This document shows positions 60,651 through 64,000 of a DNA stretch of 64,000 nucleotides, in pieces. Below the pieces are notes generated by a model. That model searched no databases, had not been told where the DNA came from, and worked only from the letters and a program-made list of their open reading frames with translations. Numbering within the stretch: position 1 is the stretch's first letter; each line of letters starts with the position of its first letter. The translations under genes and the position numbers were made by a program. This DNA comes from Camelus dromedarius (taxonomy: Eukaryota), in the NCBI RefSeq assembly GCF_036321535.1, contig NC_087436.1, positions 111,726,001 to 111,790,000 on the forward strand. Direction: 5' to 3'.

Positions 60651-63600
60651 CCCAACACTTCAACTATCTGAAGAGGACAATTTTGATGGTTGGCACACTT
60701 CTCCCTCAAAGCTAAATATTTTTAGATTCTCTTTCCCATTCTGTGGCTAGTGACTCTTCTTTTGCTTTCAATACTGAGTTCTCTCATTTCTTTCTTTCCA
60801 GAGACAGAAATTCCACACCCCCTTCTCCTGCCCAGTGATATTAGATTCAAACTCCCACATTTATGGACTTCATTTCCTTTGCATCTTGAAGTGGCCTTGC
60901 TCTCAGAGTTCAACCGACTGCCTTGTTTAAAGAACTTGAGTTTGTAACAAAGTACCTCCATTTTTTTTTTTTTAAGACGCAGAACTCTTTCCTTCCATTA
61001 GGGCTCAACAATTTTATGAGAGGTCGGAAAACACAGGATGAGCCCTTGGGCTTCAGCTCTGGGCCAGATGCCGTAAGCCAGACTGCATCAGAGCAAAAGA
61101 ATTTTAACTCCTGCACAATAAGGTTTAGTCTTCACTTGTAAGGCTGTGTCTGGGCTGGGAATTTCAATGTGTAAGAAGAGGCAAACAGGTTGCAATTTCA
61201 CTGCTTCTAAACATGCGACTGCCTCAGGGGCTTCTGATTTATTTATTTTTTTAATGGAGTGCGAGGCCATAAACCCTTCCTGCTGGTAGGCTGGCAGGCT
61301 GTGCACATTTTTAGAGGGGCAGGCACCACGTTGCAGCAGAGTGGTCTCGGGAAGTGGAGGGAGGCCCCCATAATTAAAACCACCCTCAGCAAATGTTTCT
61401 GATTCCAGGGTTCACATCTGATTTCATCTAAAACATTCTTCTTGGTCCCCTCTTAACCCAGTCTTGACTTTTGAGCATTCACATCATTACCAGAGTTGGG
61501 GGAGGGGAGGAAATTGGGGGGTGGTAGAGGGAGGATTGTAAGTTATATATTGAGGGTTCAGAACTGTTTTTTTTTGTTGTTGTTGTTGTTTTTTTTTTTT
61601 GGTGATTTGATTCCAATCGGACATTTGCAATACAGTATTGGTAAGTGGTTACTGTGCTGTGTCTCTATCTCACTAAACCTTTTTTGTTGTTGTTTTTTTC
61701 TGGGTAAAATGAGCTACTTAATACGGATGGGTACTCCTTATCATTCAAATCACATCTTTAACGTGTACCTTTTTCTAATGGCAAACATATATTTTCATCC
61801 TTATTCACTTTAGCCAGCACACATTTCCAAATGTCAGCAGATTTTTTTTTTCAACTCGCAGGTATCATCTGTTGAAATTGGACTTGGCCTTTACCTAAAT
61901 ATTTGACTGTACAGAGTTTCACTTCGGATTAATGTTTTGTTTAGCACCGGAGAAATCTGTGTCTTAAATGACATCTTTTACTGTTGAAAATGGGGAGCCT
62001 TAGTCCAAAATGGCCTTGCAGGTCTGGGCCACACTTGGGAGATCTGGAAGGGATCATGTCAAGTATCTAATTTGATTAGAAACAAAGTGTACTCAAAGCT
62101 TTGCTAGAGAAGAATATGTTAGCAATTTATTTTCTCTGTAACACCCAGTGTTACGTTTTCCAGGGTTTGGTACATATTTCTGCAACTGCATTTTCGTTTA
62201 GAAGAACTGCATTACCTTGTACACTTTCATGCACATTTTATCAACAACTTAGGGTGGAGGTGGATAGAAATCTGAGTGTCCCCATTTTAGCTAGTTATTC
62301 AGTATTCATTGAGCACTTACAGCATGCCGAATGGTGTGCTGGCTTATGAAAGACTGAGAATAAACAGCCTTCCTCTCCCGGCCTCAGTTTCCACCTGGAA
62401 AATGAGGTCCAGCCATTGCTGTGCTGATGCCCCAGCTCTCCAAAAGGGTTCAGGAAGAAGCCCTGATTGTGGTGTTTGCTCTCGTTAGGGTGGAAAGGAC
62501 CTCACAGCGGCCAACTTCAAACTAAGAACAAAACAAGACAACATGAAGCTGGAAAGAGAGTTGCATGTTCCCCTGGCAGCAGTCTGAGCCATCTCCAGGG
62601 CCCCAGCTCAGTGCTGCCTTCTCTCCAGGGCCATCTCTGAGCCTCGCCTACTTTCTCCCCTCTTCCCGGACATACATCAGAGTGTCTGCCACCCCTAGGG
62701 CAACGCATGTCTTTTTGTGGAATAAGTGAATAGTAAGTAGGAAAGAACACCCTGAATTTTGAACATTAGCTCAAGGCTATTTGCAAACATACCCTTATCC
62801 CTAAACTCACGGGCTCTGCTATAAAGAGAGTAGCCACTCCCCCTCTTTTCTGGGTCATGTGCTTCAGAAGAAATGGCAGCTCCATGATTGTGTTCTCCTC
62901 TGGGAGTTCTCCTCCTGGAGTTCTCCTGGCAATCCACCCACACTTTGCCACTGGTGGAAACATGGCCTGTGGCTTTAAGCCTTGCCTTGTGGTTTCCCTA
63001 ACTTAAAACCTTAAATCAAGCTCTTGAAAGAAGCTACATGGAAAGTAATGATCCTCAAAAATGAATGCATTGTAAGTGCAAAGAAGACGTTTAATTAGCC
63101 ACCATAATAGCATCATTTAGGCTTCTTTTTCCTTTTCTTTCTTTTAAAAATAAGTGCAGTGACTAGAAATTGTGGGCACCACTGCCTTAGTCCTTTGAAC
63201 TCAATGCCTGGGACAGAGTTGGGGTGGGGATGGTGGGGAGTGAAATGAATCTGTTCTCTAAATTCTAATTTTACAAATAGGCTCAACTGATTTATTTTAA
63301 TGGTAATGATAATAATAATTTTTAAAAAATTCTTCCTCCAGCAGAGAGGGGAGGGTTGTGAAAACATAGTGAAATACTGCAGACCTACAGGAGTTTGGGC
63401 CCCAATAACTATATGGGCTACCTATAGCCTACGTTTTAGTACATTTGTCATAGTTTCCACTCTGTGTATAGGGACTTTCAGAGCCATAGCGGGAAGGGGC
63501 AGGGGCGTCTGGCCAGTGGTGATGAAGGATTTCCATATTTGAGAGACTCAGAAGTGGTGAAAGGGAGATGTGACCAAGGGTTGCATCTTTTCACTGGAGC

Positions 63601-63799
63601 TTGAGATTTAGGGTGGTTTGGCGAGGGGATGATGGACATGGATGGAGGTAACCCAGACCCTCAGCACTCCCAGAAGCTGCCATTTTGATCGGCCGCTGTC
63701 TGCTTCCGCAGCCCCCTCAGAATTCCCTGCTGTGACCCCTGTTCCCTTTGAGCCCCGTCTGTGATAGGCAGTGTTGCTGACCGGTGTCTGTGAACACAC

Positions 63800-63960
63800 G
63801 GTTATTAGCAGTTGTAACCTTGGGTAAGTTTTCTAACCTAATTGGGACCCAGACTCCTTCTCCATTAAGTGAGGGCAAAGTAGTCTTGACCGCAGAGGTT
63901 GTTTGGATTATTAAAGGAGATGATGACCGTGACGTGCTTAGCATGGAGGTGGACTCACTC
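63800..63960 (+). mobile_element. MIR
   Basis: gcagttgtaaccttgggtaagttttctaacct...gaggttgtttggattattaaaggagatga...gtgcttagca. Confidence 0.65.
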
Positions 63961-64000
63961 TTGTGGTTCTTCATGGAGAAATAACAAGAAAAGCTGCAGG

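Noticed and set aside
1..64000. Host gene or locus identity
   Set aside because: No exon or landmark I could recognise; a BLAT/BLAST of the unique islands is needed.

Overview
This is mammalian, not microbial, DNA. The lineage-specific repeats point to a camelid (alpaca, llama or camel): three tRNA-Ala-derived vic-1-type SINEs and young camelid-type L1 3' ends. I found no protein-coding exon, intact ORF of known function or genuine RNA gene. The only recognisable protein similarities in the ORF track are broken LINE-1 ORF2 remnants (endonuclease and reverse transcriptase), so the window looks intergenic or deep intronic. It is dense in interspersed repeats (L1 of several ages, L2, MIR, MaLR/ERVL/ERV1 solo LTRs, hAT and Tigger DNA-transposon fossils), separated by repeat-poor islands that look like candidate enhancers. 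Repeat subfamily names come from recalled consensus sequences and need confirming with RepeatMasker/Dfam. Boundaries are approximate unless a target-site duplication (TSD) is quoted. I see no evidence for a novel biological system. The most interesting observations are a probable L1 3' transduction inside an MLT1A LTR (49.25-49.5 kb), a nested LTR>Tigger1>L1 stack with a shared right-hand deletion (17.1-20.4 kb), TSD-flanked L1 fragments that end internally, a tail-to-tail inverted L1 pair, and two CpG-enriched candidate regulatory patches (23.6-26.3 kb), one of which sits on a GC-shifted MIR.
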